From Candidatus Woesearchaeota archaeon (GTDB lineage Archaea > Nanobdellota > Nanobdellia > Woesearchaeales > JAZDKJ01): 64,000 bases of DNA. Position numbers and translations under genes: made by a program. Below, in pieces: positions 45,570-54,792 of the stretch (position 1 is its first letter; every line of letters begins with the position of its first letter). The notes below the pieces were generated by a model. The model ran no database searches. It was not told the DNA's origin and saw only the letters and a list, made by a program, of their open reading frames with translations. Location of the stretch: positions 1 through 64,000 of the forward strand of contig JAZDKJ010000002.1 of the NCBI GenBank assembly GCA_043803105.1, given 5' to 3'.

Positions 45570-46827
45570 GCCCTGTCTGCACCTTTCTTTTCTTTGTCTG
45601 TTGCCATTCCTGCTCAACCTTTGGCTCTGGCTTGGTTTGGTCAAGCACAAGCTCACCATACATACCATCATATCCAGGCTTCACAAATATTTTGCCTTCC
45701 CTGTTCTGTAAAATAAGTTCTGCCATCTGGCCGTCTGTGCGCTTCAGCAATTCATCATTATCCATGTTAAGCATTACCTCAAATTCGCTTGTTTCTTTTG
45801 TAATCTTATTGTATTCTGCCCACACTTGTCTTGATGCCACTGCAGAATTGAGTTTGGCAGCAATGAGCTCAGATAAAGGTACCAAGGTGTAGAATGGCTT
45901 TGCGTTCTTTGATTTGTATCCTTCTCCTCTGTCTGCCAGTTCCTCAACTCTGTTCAACACCCCTATGGTGAGCTCCCTTTTGCACACAGGGCACATCTTG
46001 TTGTTCTTCATTGACTCTTGCGGACTAAGCATAATATTGCAAGCGCGATGGCCGTCAAAATGATATTTTCCATAGCCAGGGTCTACTTCAATCGTCCCAT
46101 CAATGTTCTCCCCTGTTTTTATTGCATCAAGAAGCGCTTTGTAAGTGGGCTTAATGTCAAAAATTGTGGCTTCCCTTCCAATCCTCCACGGCCAGAAGCT
46201 GTGAAGGTCTGAAAAAGACAGTATCTGTATGTTGTCCAGCTGCGACAATCTCCAGTTCATTGCAGGGTCGCTTGATAATCCTGTCTCTATCGCGTGTATC
46301 CTGTCTGCCTTGTCAAGGAAGCAATCCTTTATCGAGTCAAACCCTGATTTTGACCCGAACATCGCAAACCATGGCGTCCATATGTGTGCTGGTATGACTT
46401 CAATCTCCTTGCTTATTGATTGCAGCGACTCTACAAACTCTGGGCACGGAATCTTGAATATAGGCCTTCCATCATAGTCAACCCTGCCCTTTGTCAGGAA
46501 ATAATCAGTTATCTGCTTTACAACCTCCAGGTTTGGCGCAAGCACCAGGTTGTGTACCCTCCTTCCCTTTCCGCCTTGCGTGTATGCAAGGCTTATCTCT
46601 GTCTGCAATACAAAATTAAAGCCTGATTTAGTCTTCAGTATGCCTGTCTCATCTTCAGTCAATTCCTTCCTGATTTCCTCTATCCATTTTGGGTGCGTGA
46701 AATCCCCTGTGCCTAGAAGTGATATTCCCTTGATTCTCGCATATTTCTCAAGATTTGGTATGTCAATGCTTTTTGATGTTGCCTGAGAATATTTGCCGTG
46801 TATGTGCAGGTCTGCAATTATTTTCAT
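45553..46827 (-). CDS. endoQ: Endonuclease Q family protein (PHP domain plus Zn finger)
   Basis: ADLHIHGKYS, GTGDFTHP, PAHIWTPW, ETGLSSDP, GKYHFDGHRAC, CPVC and PGYDG. Confidence 0.9.
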   Translation of the reverse strand: MKIIADLHIHGKYSQATSKSIDIPNLEKYARIKGISLLGTGDFTHPKWIEEIRKELTEDETGILKTKSGFNFVLQTEISLAYTQGGKGRRVHNLVLAPNLEVVKQITDYFLTKGRVDYDGRPIFKIPCPEFVESLQSISKEIEVIPAHIWTPWFAMFGSKSGFDSIKDCFLDKADRIHAIETGLSSDPAMNWRLSQLDNIQILSFSDLHSFWPWRIGREATIFDIKPTYKALLDAIKTGENIDGTIEVDPGYGKYHFDGHRACNIMLSPQESMKNNKMCPVCKRELTIGVLNRVEELADRGEGYKSKNAKPFYTLVPLSELIAAKLNSAVASRQVWAEYNKITKETSEFEVMLNMDNDELLKRTDGQMAELILQNREGKIFVKPGYDGMYGELVLDQTKPEPKVEQEWQQTKKRKVQTGLSQFL

Positions 46828-47021
46828 GCCACTCTGTTTTGAGGCCTTTTATAAAAAAGTTGTGATTGTTGACCGATTTACGCGTCATCCCTGAAGGTTA
46901 TTAGCTTGATTGATTGCAATGGCAGTTCCTTCATACATAAGCCTTTGCACATTGCAAGCCACATGGTCTGTTATGTCAACCCAGAATATCAACCTTTGTG
47001 GTGAATTGCATGCCCACAGAA

Positions 47022-47342
47022 TTAGCTATGTTTTTTGGCTTGGCTTATTTGCACTACCTTGTGATTTCTTTCGTATTCTTGCTTAAATCGGTTATAACCT
47101 TCAATTAAGGCCTCGAATTCTAAAGCCTCTTTTTGCACTTGGCAGAGCAGTTCCATGGGAATGCCCCCATCATGGCTGTGTTTCTTGGCTGTCTCGTGCA
47201 TTTGTTTGAGAACTGGTAACGCGTATTTTAACGCCTTATAAAGTGTTGTAGATCTGTCTTCTAGCTCCACCTTTATCTGTTCAACTTGCTTCGTTAGGCG
47301 CGAGTTCTCAGCAATTAACTCATCCAAAGTTGGCTCAGCCAT
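47022..47342 (-). CDS. Hypothetical coiled-coil protein
   Basis: 106-aa helical ORF directly downstream of dus. Confidence 0.55.
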   Translation of the reverse strand: MAEPTLDELIAENSRLTKQVEQIKVELEDRSTTLYKALKYALPVLKQMHETAKKHSHDGGIPMELLCQVQKEALEFEALIEGYNRFKQEYERNHKVVQISQAKKHS

Positions 47343-47367
47343 AAAAAAAAGAATATCCTTGACTGTC

Positions 47368-48306
47368 TTAAACCTTTAGGTTCTCGACATATTCCAGCAA
47401 TGACTCTTTTTTCTCGATTCTGCCTATTTCATCCTTTATCTTTGCTGCTTGCTTTATACCCTTGAAAATCCACATAGCGTGCTGCCTTAGTTCGCTGAAG
47501 CTCTGCCTTTCCTGCTGCTCATAATAACCCAGGAATTCTTTGAACATCTGTTTCTTGTCGCTTAGGCTGTGGTATGGCTCTCTCCTGAGCATTATCTCGT
47601 GAAAGATTGCAGGGTTGCCCATCGCTGCCCTGCCTATCATTATTGCGTCGCAGCCGCTGAACGTCAACAACTTTTCTGCCTGGATAAAGCTTCTCACATC
47701 ACCATTTCCTATGACTGGTATGCTTACTGCCTCTTTCACCGCTTGAATGACTTTCCAGTCCGCATTGCCTTTAAACTGCTGTTTTTTTGTCCTTGCATGC
47801 ACTGTTATAGCCGCGATTCCATAGTCTTCAAGCATCTTTGCAACCTGGGGTGCGTTTACACTTTCCCATCCTGAGCGCATCTTTACTGTGACAGGCTTGC
47901 CTGTGCTGCTGATTACTGCTTTCACAACCCTCTCTATCTGCTCAGGATGCTTCATAAGAAAAACACCTGCCTTATTTGCCAATACATCAGAGTCAGGGCA
48001 TCCCATGTTTATGTCTATTATGTCTGCAAAAGGGCTTATCCTCACTGTGGCTTTGCGCATGACATCAGGCTTTGCTCCGATAAGCTGCACTGCAACCGGC
48101 CTCTCCCCCGGCAATATTTCCAGGAACTTGCTTGGCTCATTTGCAACCAGAGAGTTTGCGTCATACATCTGTGTATACACAAGACCAGCACCATGCTTTC
48201 TGCAAATCAGCCTGAATGCTGGGCAGTTAACACCAGCCATTGGTGCAAGGAATAGGTTGTTCTCTATTTGGACATTCCCGATTTTGATTGGCCTGATTAA
48301 TGGCAT
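47368..48306 (-). CDS. dus: tRNA-dihydrouridine synthase
   Basis: LAPMAG, IDINMGCP, VTVKMRSGW, TVHART, IGNGDV and MIGRAAMGNP. The likely start is 48306. Confidence 0.95.
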   Translation of the reverse strand: MPLIRPIKIGNVQIENNLFLAPMAGVNCPAFRLICRKHGAGLVYTQMYDANSLVANEPSKFLEILPGERPVAVQLIGAKPDVMRKATVRISPFADIIDINMGCPDSDVLANKAGVFLMKHPEQIERVVKAVISSTGKPVTVKMRSGWESVNAPQVAKMLEDYGIAAITVHARTKKQQFKGNADWKVIQAVKEAVSIPVIGNGDVRSFIQAEKLLTFSGCDAIMIGRAAMGNPAIFHEIMLRREPYHSLSDKKQMFKEFLGYYEQQERQSFSELRQHAMWIFKGIKQAAKIKDEIGRIEKKESLLEYVENLKV

Positions 48307-48397
48307 ATGTTGTTCAACTTCAGGGAGAGTATTTAATCCTTTTTGTGCATCTGAAAATTTCATAACCTTTAAAAGCAACCGCTTTCCATGATTCTGT

Positions 48398-49273
48398 ATG
48401 GACAAAAATTACAGGGGTGTCGTTAGGGTTTTGTGGATTACTTTCTTCCTCAACATTGTTGTCGTCGTGTTCAAGATCGTCTTTGGGCTCATGATCAACA
48501 GCCTTTCTATGGTCGCTGACGGCCTTCATTCTGTCATGGACAGCGCTTCAAACATTATCTGTCTTATTGGCTTGAGGATCGCATCAAAGCCTGCTGACAA
48601 AGACCATCCCTATGGCCACAGGAAGTTTGAGACCCTGACAACCATAATGATTGCTGTCTTTCTGATGATAGCTTCTTTCGAGCTTCTAAAAAGTTCTATC
48701 AGCCGCTTCGTTTCAGGCAGTGCGCCAAACATCACCATCGCTTCTTTTGTTGTGCTTGCAGGAACACTTGTCATCAACTTTTTCGTAGCCACTTATGAGC
48801 GCAAGAAGGCCTCTTATTTCCAGAGCGTCCTCCTGAAGGCTGATTCCGCCCACACCTTCAGCGATATCTGGGTCACGATTTCAGTCCTTTTCGGTTTTAT
48901 CTTCATAAAGATGGGTTTTCCCATTGCAGACTCAGTGATTGCCCTGGTCATTGCTGTTGTGATAGCCTTTAGCGGCTTCAAGATTATCAGGTCCACCACA
49001 GCTGTCTTGAGTGATGCCAAGGCGCTTGATGAGCAGGATATTGCAGCCATTGTGAACAGGACTGATGGCATCACAGGGTTTCACAAGATACGCACGCGCA
49101 GCCTCGGAAACGAGACCTTGCTTGACCTACACATAATGGTAAGAGGAAACACGACTGTGAGAAAAGGCCACAGTATTGCAAAAGTGCTTGAGTCAGCCCT
49201 TAAGCAGAAATTTCCGCATGTGAAGGACATCACCATTCACGTTGACCCTCACCATAAGGTGATTAATCCTTAG
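48398..49273 (+). CDS. Cation diffusion facilitator transporter (FieF-like)
   Basis: ADGLHSVMD, KPADKDHPYGH, ADSAHTFSD and a C-terminal IHVDP. Confidence 0.93.
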   Translation: MDKNYRGVVRVLWITFFLNIVVVVFKIVFGLMINSLSMVADGLHSVMDSASNIICLIGLRIASKPADKDHPYGHRKFETLTTIMIAVFLMIASFELLKSSISRFVSGSAPNITIASFVVLAGTLVINFFVATYERKKASYFQSVLLKADSAHTFSDIWVTISVLFGFIFIKMGFPIADSVIALVIAVVIAFSGFKIIRSTTAVLSDAKALDEQDIAAIVNRTDGITGFHKIRTRSLGNETLLDLHIMVRGNTTVRKGHSIAKVLESALKQKFPHVKDITIHVDPHHKVINP

Positions 49274-49985
49274 GCCTGCCTGAATTCCTCCACATAAAAT
49301 CAAAATAGCTCTTGTATGCCTTGGCAGCCGCAGCATTCTCTATGATTATTCCCTCAGGCTCGTCTGTCCAGATTATTATCGCTATCTTGTTTCCATAGAT
49401 ATTCGTGACAGCAGGGCTTTCTGATATGTTATCCAGCACCCGGTACTCGCTCGTACCCTTGTCAATCTCCTCTCTTCCCTTTCGTAATATCAGCTTTGTC
49501 TTTATCCTGCTTTCCTTTTTCAGTCTGTCAAATTGCATTGCAAACTCAGGTATTCTCGTTGAAAATTGACCTTCAGACCCGAAAACATAGTTGTTCTTTC
49601 CAGTGCGTATGATGTCCAGGAAAATGCTTTTCACTCCCTTGATTCCCTTGAACAGCCTGACCTGCCCCTCAATCCTGGCTCTCTTGTGCCTCTCTTCCAG
49701 TTCAGGGAGTATGGTCTGCACTTCCTCTTCCTGTTCTCGAAGGTATTCGACTATCCTTTTCGGATGCGTTGCCTGGAACCATTTTATTTTCCCTATGAGC
49801 ACATAGCTCACAAGCCCTTTGTCTATCAGGAATGTTAGCGCGTTATAGCAGCTGCTCCTGTCAATCTTCGCTAGCCTTGCTATCTTGCCAGCCTTTGTGC
49901 TGCCATTATCGTTCAGAGTCAAGTATACCTTAATCTCATTCTGCGAGAACCCCATCTTTTCCAAAACCTTCTGTATCTCCATCAT
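49263..49985 (-). CDS. TrmB-family transcriptional regulator
   Basis: MGFSQNEIKVY...DRSSCYNAL..LIDKGLV wHTH, ending AYKSYFDFMW. Confidence 0.9.
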   Translation of the reverse strand: MMEIQKVLEKMGFSQNEIKVYLTLNDNGSTKAGKIARLAKIDRSSCYNALTFLIDKGLVSYVLIGKIKWFQATHPKRIVEYLREQEEEVQTILPELEERHKRARIEGQVRLFKGIKGVKSIFLDIIRTGKNNYVFGSEGQFSTRIPEFAMQFDRLKKESRIKTKLILRKGREEIDKGTSEYRVLDNISESPAVTNIYGNKIAIIIWTDEPEGIIIENAAAAKAYKSYFDFMWRNSGRPKD

Positions 49986-50024
49986 ACGAAGGGAAATTGC
50001 TCATTGTTGATAAATCCTCCTATT

Positions 50025-50046
50025 TGTTGAAGAAATTTCTACAACA
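50025..50046. promoter_or_regulatory. 22-bp near-perfect palindromic operator, copy 1
   Basis: TGTTGAAGAAATTTCTACAACA lies between divergent trmB and the first ATPase gene, just upstream of a TTTTATTA box. Confidence 0.7.
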
Positions 50047-50101
50047 AATTTTTATTACGACCCTGCGATTATCATGGATTTAGAATCTTCGAGGAGGAAA
50101 A

Positions 50102-50632
50102 ATGACCCAAAAATTTATCCTGATGGGAGGCCCAGGCTCTGGAAAAAGCTCTATAATCATGGGCTTGGAGCAGCAGGGTGAGTATGTGATAAGAGAGGCT
50201 GCGGAGGATGTTATTAGGTACCATCAGGCGCTTGGCAAGACAGAACCTTGGAAACATCCTGATTTCCAGGATTGGATTTTGGCCCTCCAGTTGCAAAGGG
50301 AAAAAAACATTCCGACTGGTATTGAAAGGGTCTTCATCGACAGTGGAGTACACACTGGCCTTGCTTATTATGAGCTGCAGGAAAGGGTGCCAAGTAGTAA
50401 AATACAAGAGGCTGTGGCACAGGCTCAATATGAAAACCCAGTCTTCCTGGTAAAGTCCCTCGGGCAATGCGTTACAAACGCAGTAAGAAGAGAGGATCTT
50501 GCAGAGGCTCTTAGGATTGAAGAGCTGCACAAAATCAACTACCTCAGCTTTGGTTATAGCCTTGTTGAGATTAAGCCAAATCCGCTCAAGACAAGAATCA
50601 GAGATGTTCTCAACAAAGCATTGCTGTTGTAG
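50102..50632 (+). CDS. AAA_28 (NadR/Ttd14-like) P-loop kinase/ATPase
   Basis: ILMGGPGSGKSS, REAA, VFIDSG and VRRED. Confidence 0.85.
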   Translation: MTQKFILMGGPGSGKSSIIMGLEQQGEYVIREAAEDVIRYHQALGKTEPWKHPDFQDWILALQLQREKNIPTGIERVFIDSGVHTGLAYYELQERVPSSKIQEAVAQAQYENPVFLVKSLGQCVTNAVRREDLAEALRIEELHKINYLSFGYSLVEIKPNPLKTRIRDVLNKALLL

Positions 50633-50646
50633 AATATTCTACAACA
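50625..50646. promoter_or_regulatory. 22-bp perfect palindromic operator, copy 2
   Basis: TGTTGTAGAATATTCTACAACA lies just upstream of a TTTAATATA box for the second paralogue. Confidence 0.7.
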
Positions 50647-50684
50647 ATGTTTAATATAGTTCTCAACAAGACACTGCTTTTTTA

Positions 50685-51248
50685 ATGGCTGTAAAAAAGG
50701 TCGTGATAACCTCTGGCAGTGAGTCAGACTCTGACCAGATTTTCTGCAGGCTTGACAAAATGCATTATTTTCTTTTGAGGTATGTTTCGAGCTACGCATT
50801 GAGCGGCATTCCATTTGAAGGCAGCATTATGCAGCATACCAACAGGAACGAGCTTCAGCTTAAGATTATTCAGACTCAGCTTAAGTGGGAGCGGTCTATT
50901 CCCGAGCAGGTCCGGGTTGCGTTCTTGGATTCAGGAAGTTATGACCCGCTTGCTTATTATATTCTAAAGGGTGTGCCCCTGCCAAGTGCGCTCATGAGCG
51001 CTGCTGAAAAGAATCATTATGACCATGTCTTTGTTCTTACCCCTCTAACAAGTACAAACGGCCTTACTGATATCTCTAAGGCCCTCTTTGATGTGTACAG
51101 ATGTTATGGCCACGAGCCTATTGCCATTTCAGCACCGTCAATCGACGCACGGCTTAGAACAATTCTGGACTTGGCTGACCCGAATAGGGAGATGCTCACT
51201 ACCTACCGAAAGGAAGTGGTGAAGGAGCAGATTGCAAACGGAAAATAG
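50685..51248 (+). CDS. AAA_28-like paralogue with degenerate Walker A
   Basis: It matches the upstream gene (LQL..E.SIP....V.F.DSG....LAYY, Y...VF.L). The P-loop reads TSGSESDSD, with no GKS/T. Confidence 0.7.
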   Translation: MAVKKVVITSGSESDSDQIFCRLDKMHYFLLRYVSSYALSGIPFEGSIMQHTNRNELQLKIIQTQLKWERSIPEQVRVAFLDSGSYDPLAYYILKGVPLPSALMSAAEKNHYDHVFVLTPLTSTNGLTDISKALFDVYRCYGHEPIAISAPSIDARLRTILDLADPNREMLTTYRKEVVKEQIANGK

Positions 51249-51283
51249 CAAGCCTTATTAATAACCTCAAAAAGCTTGAAGAC

Positions 51284-51460
51284 ATGGGACGCTCACCAAA
51301 TCATAAGGGTGCTGTCAAGCCCAAGCCAAAGTGGGCAAAAGAGCAGGACACTTTTCAGAGAGGCACCAAGTACCCCAATTGTGCAGGAACCTTTCCTGAT
51401 TGCCCTGCCGAGCCTAACGACAATGATTGCAGGCTTTGTCCGGTCTTTAGAAGGCTTTGA
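51284..51460 (+). CDS. Small basic four-Cys protein (58 aa), not in ORF track
   Basis: MGRSPNHKGAVKPKPKW...CAGTFPDCPAEPNDNDCRLCPVFRRL*. A TTATTAATAA box lies ~25 nt upstream, and the stop abuts the convergent gene's stop at 51461. Confidence 0.65.
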   Translation: MGRSPNHKGAVKPKPKWAKEQDTFQRGTKYPNCAGTFPDCPAEPNDNDCRLCPVFRRL

Positions 51461-51772
51461 TTATTCGTCTTTCATCCGTTTTGCGAAAGCCTCGCTGCAT
51501 GACTTGATCTTCTGAAGCTCTGCCTCGCTCATAACCACCAGGTCGTGCGCAGTCTTCTGCTGCCCTGTATCTTTCTTTATGTTTGGATTGTGAAACGCCG
51601 TAGCCTCATTTAGCAGTTGCTCGTACCTTGCAAGGTGGTCTGCTATCTCATTGAATTCAGCCTTCCTCTGTTGAAGCGCTGTCTTGTGCTCTTCAAGCAC
51701 CTTCTTTACAACTTCGAATTGCTTGTTCCTTGATTCGACAACAGTCTTTTGCAGGTTCATTCTAAGTCCCAT
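51461..51772 (-). CDS. Hypothetical coiled-coil protein
   Basis: SD GGAGG precedes ATG 51772; the product is helical. Confidence 0.65.
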   Translation of the reverse strand: MGLRMNLQKTVVESRNKQFEVVKKVLEEHKTALQQRKAEFNEIADHLARYEQLLNEATAFHNPNIKKDTGQQKTAHDLVVMSEAELQKIKSCSEAFAKRMKDE

Positions 51773-51823
51773 TGTTATCCTCCCTTGGCAAAAATCCAAA
51801 TCAAGAACTATAAATATGTTTCG

Positions 51824-52999
51824 CTATCTCTTGGAGAGCCTTATCGTCGTGTTCTCATCCCTCTTGATAAACCTTCCCAGCAGCTTGACTAACTCATCAG
51901 GCAAATCCCTGTTGTTGATCATCTTTGCTAGTTCATATGTATCAACTGTGGAAAGCTGCTCTGACAATCCGAGCTTTTTGATTGTCTCGACAAAATCATC
52001 CCTGTCATCATCAAATTTCTTTGGGAAGCTCAATCTTGGATAGCTTGATATGCTTGCTTTCTGGCTCGTGCCATAGACAACCTGTATTCCCTCTCGCTTG
52101 CAATAAGCAACTATGGCTTCCTTGAGCTTTTCTGCCTCTTCCTCTTTCTGGTTTTTTTCTGCTATGGCCTGGCTGTATTTGTTTACGAGCTCCACTCCGC
52201 TGTCCTTGAGATACTGGGTTTCCTCTAGTTCCTCGATCTTGAAAAGGTGTTTGAACCTAGGGCATTGGGGTTGGAACTCGCACCAGTCGCAGAGCGCGCT
52301 CTCGCTAGGCTTAAACTCTGTGCATGATTCTATCTTTGTTATGAGCTCCATGATTTCTGTTCTTAGGTCTGCGAGCTGCTCTTCTGTCCTGTATGAGACC
52401 ATCTCTTTGTCAAACGCAAGAAAGTGCCAGACCAGCCGTATGTTTTCGGCGTCTGGATACATTTTCTTGACACCGTAGGCATAAATCGCGAGCTGCCTAT
52501 CCTCATCAAGATCTTCCTGTTTAGGCAGTCTGCTGCTTGTCTTATAGTCATGTATTTCGTAGGTGTTGTCATTCACGCTCAGCCTGTCCATGCGTACATG
52601 TATACGGTACCCTTCGGTTAGCTCAACTGTGTCTTGTGTCTCGAGCCCTATAGTCCTGGTTTGGTTGAATGGATAATATCTTTTGTGATAGTCGCTTAGG
52701 TACCTTTCCCCCATCTGCCTATAGTTCTCTCTCGAATACTCCTCTCGAACGATTATTATCTTTTCGTCCCAGCTCTTCTGCCATTCGTTGTTATAGAAAT
52801 CTAGGAGCTCCTCTTTCTCCAGCACTTTCTCGAACTTTGCGTCTTTGTGTAGTTTTTCCAGTGCCTGGTGGACCATCGACCCAAGGAATGCTTCCACAGT
52901 GTTCTCGAACTCTGTCTCCAGCTCGTCTATGTACGAGAACTTGTACTTTAGAGGGCATTGCTCGTATGTCCCAAGCCTAGAATTTGAGTATGTCGGCAT
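51824..52999 (-). CDS. PD-(D/E)XK nuclease (RecB/AddB/Cas4-like) with Fe-S staple
   Basis: N-terminal YEQCP, GSMVH, MDRL...IHDYKT, QLAIY and CDWCEFQPQCP. Confidence 0.9.
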   Translation of the reverse strand: MPTYSNSRLGTYEQCPLKYKFSYIDELETEFENTVEAFLGSMVHQALEKLHKDAKFEKVLEKEELLDFYNNEWQKSWDEKIIIVREEYSRENYRQMGERYLSDYHKRYYPFNQTRTIGLETQDTVELTEGYRIHVRMDRLSVNDNTYEIHDYKTSSRLPKQEDLDEDRQLAIYAYGVKKMYPDAENIRLVWHFLAFDKEMVSYRTEEQLADLRTEIMELITKIESCTEFKPSESALCDWCEFQPQCPRFKHLFKIEELEETQYLKDSGVELVNKYSQAIAEKNQKEEEAEKLKEAIVAYCKREGIQVVYGTSQKASISSYPRLSFPKKFDDDRDDFVETIKKLGLSEQLSTVDTYELAKMINNRDLPDELVKLLGRFIKRDENTTIRLSKR

Positions 53000-53055
53000 C
53001 CCACAGATTCTGGCATTGTCTTATTTAAGTCTTGTGCCAGATTGTCCAGTGAGAA

Positions 53056-53634
53056 CTAGGGCGTGGATTTTGGTTTTTGGCTGTACAATTTGCACAGGCC
53101 TTCGTAGATCCACTCAGAAAAAGGATCTGTCTTTACTATATCCCTTGATTCTGTCATGGTTTTGTTACGAGTATACAGCGTTAAGCCGAGCGTTGCCTCT
53201 AGCGCTTCCGTAGTAAGGTCCCTTTCCCGAATATCGCTCGGAGAAACATTATGACTCGTGAATCTACGGACCTTAAGCCGGCAAATGTCATCTGCAGGTG
53301 TATTCACTTCAATAAAATACCGTGCCTTCAAGTCTCCCAGGACAAAATGCCTTATGTCAATTGTGTCAGAGCCGATCTTGTAATCCCATAGCAGTGCCCT
53401 CACCGGTGTGGCCCCAATGTCCTTCACTCGAATTTGGGTTTCCCCTGACATATCAGACCTTTGCACTGTGGGTATATGGTGTTGCAAAAGGTACCATTGG
53501 CTTACGTGGTGTGCAATGCTTGCCTCTTGGACCACATTGAGGACATTCTGTATATCAATTTCAAGTGTCATATCTTGGGTAAGGCGACAGTAATATTTAA
53601 GCAATTCTGGACTGTGGTGGTCATCTTCTAACAT
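53056..53634 (-). CDS. Hypothetical protein
   Basis: 192-aa ORF with SD-like GAGG upstream. No motif recognised. Confidence 0.6.
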   Translation of the reverse strand: MLEDDHHSPELLKYYCRLTQDMTLEIDIQNVLNVVQEASIAHHVSQWYLLQHHIPTVQRSDMSGETQIRVKDIGATPVRALLWDYKIGSDTIDIRHFVLGDLKARYFIEVNTPADDICRLKVRRFTSHNVSPSDIRERDLTTEALEATLGLTLYTRNKTMTESRDIVKTDPFSEWIYEGLCKLYSQKPKSTP

Positions 53635-53714
53635 ACATTTTCCTCAAGACATTTGCGCTCGGAAAATTCTCTGATGGCTTTCATGAAGCATAAGCTTTAA
53701 AAGGGAAACACTGA

Positions 53715-54758
53715 ATGGCGCAGATAATGAAACATAAGAAAAAATCCTCGCTGAAAGGAATGATATTGACAGCTTCAGCCATTGGTGTTTTAGGAGTCAT
53801 TAGCGCTACTGAAGTCTACAAGCAGAGCCTTTCTCCTGTTGTTGGATTGGAAAATACTCTTGCCCCGCGCCATTTCAGGGTTGAACACGAGCAGAATCCT
53901 GCCAACAAGTTTGTTATTGACTTCCCTGTTGATGCTCCAGGCACACAGAATGTCTTGAAGTTCATCGACCCAAAGGCTAATCATGCGATAGTCTCAATCC
54001 AGCAGTCTGAATTGTCAGGAGCCAATAACCTGACTGAGAAAGAGTATGTTAAGAAGGTTCAGGATGATATTTTCGAGTTCTTGTCATTCATGCGAAATCG
54101 TTATGGAATTTCCAAGGTCTATCAGGAAAGGATCTCTCCTGAGACAAAAAAGATTGTCGACCTCGAGCTAAAGATGGCTCAGGGAGACTACAGCAATGAT
54201 ATTGTTCACTCCTTGAACTACCATTATGGTAACCTTGCGAAAAGCGTCGAGGCTATTGCCTCTAAGTTACCAGATTATGGGAATAAGGACTTGAAGCAGT
54301 TCTATCTGAGTAGATTCAAATGGACTGACAAGCAGGCCTATATTTATATGAACAATATCAACGACGAGCTTCAACATAATGCTGTCTTCAGGCTTGCCAC
54401 ATTAGGACAGGTAGATATACTGCCCGCAGAATCGCTTCCTGATCGTGTTGCCATGGAATACCTGAACTTCTTTCTTCAGAACACCCCAGCAGATAACCCT
54501 ATAATGGCTGAATTGTCACATGACTTTCAAAAGGCAAAGCGCGACAGGGAAAAGGTTTTTCTTAAGATCGCTTCAGAAAGCCCTGATCCATATGTTGCAG
54601 TCGTTTACGGTTTCCTGCATGATTACTCAGACTATTTCAATGCCAGAGGCAATCACAATTTCGCGGATGCAGTAAATTTCTGGAAGGCCAGCAATCCTTC
54701 AAAGGATTTCTCTCTTATTCAGGCTACGCCAACACATCATGCACTCACCCTGCATTGA
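53715..54758 (+). CDS. Hypothetical membrane-anchored/secreted protein
   Basis: Basic N-terminus plus a hydrophobic segment in a 347-aa ORF. Confidence 0.65.
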   Translation: MAQIMKHKKKSSLKGMILTASAIGVLGVISATEVYKQSLSPVVGLENTLAPRHFRVEHEQNPANKFVIDFPVDAPGTQNVLKFIDPKANHAIVSIQQSELSGANNLTEKEYVKKVQDDIFEFLSFMRNRYGISKVYQERISPETKKIVDLELKMAQGDYSNDIVHSLNYHYGNLAKSVEAIASKLPDYGNKDLKQFYLSRFKWTDKQAYIYMNNINDELQHNAVFRLATLGQVDILPAESLPDRVAMEYLNFFLQNTPADNPIMAELSHDFQKAKRDREKVFLKIASESPDPYVAVVYGFLHDYSDYFNARGNHNFADAVNFWKASNPSKDFSLIQATPTHHALTLH

Positions 54759-54792
54759 AGAATATCAATTTGCCTTTCTGAATAATGATTGG

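Noticed and set aside
46860-47015. Possible small gene or RNA between endoQ and the coiled-coil ORF
   Set aside because: Only short frames without SD or motifs were found, and no convincing stem structure.
51824-52999. Cas4-like nuclease as a sign of a CRISPR-Cas locus
   Set aside because: No repeat-spacer array or other cas genes were seen. Stand-alone PD-(D/E)XK nucleases are common.
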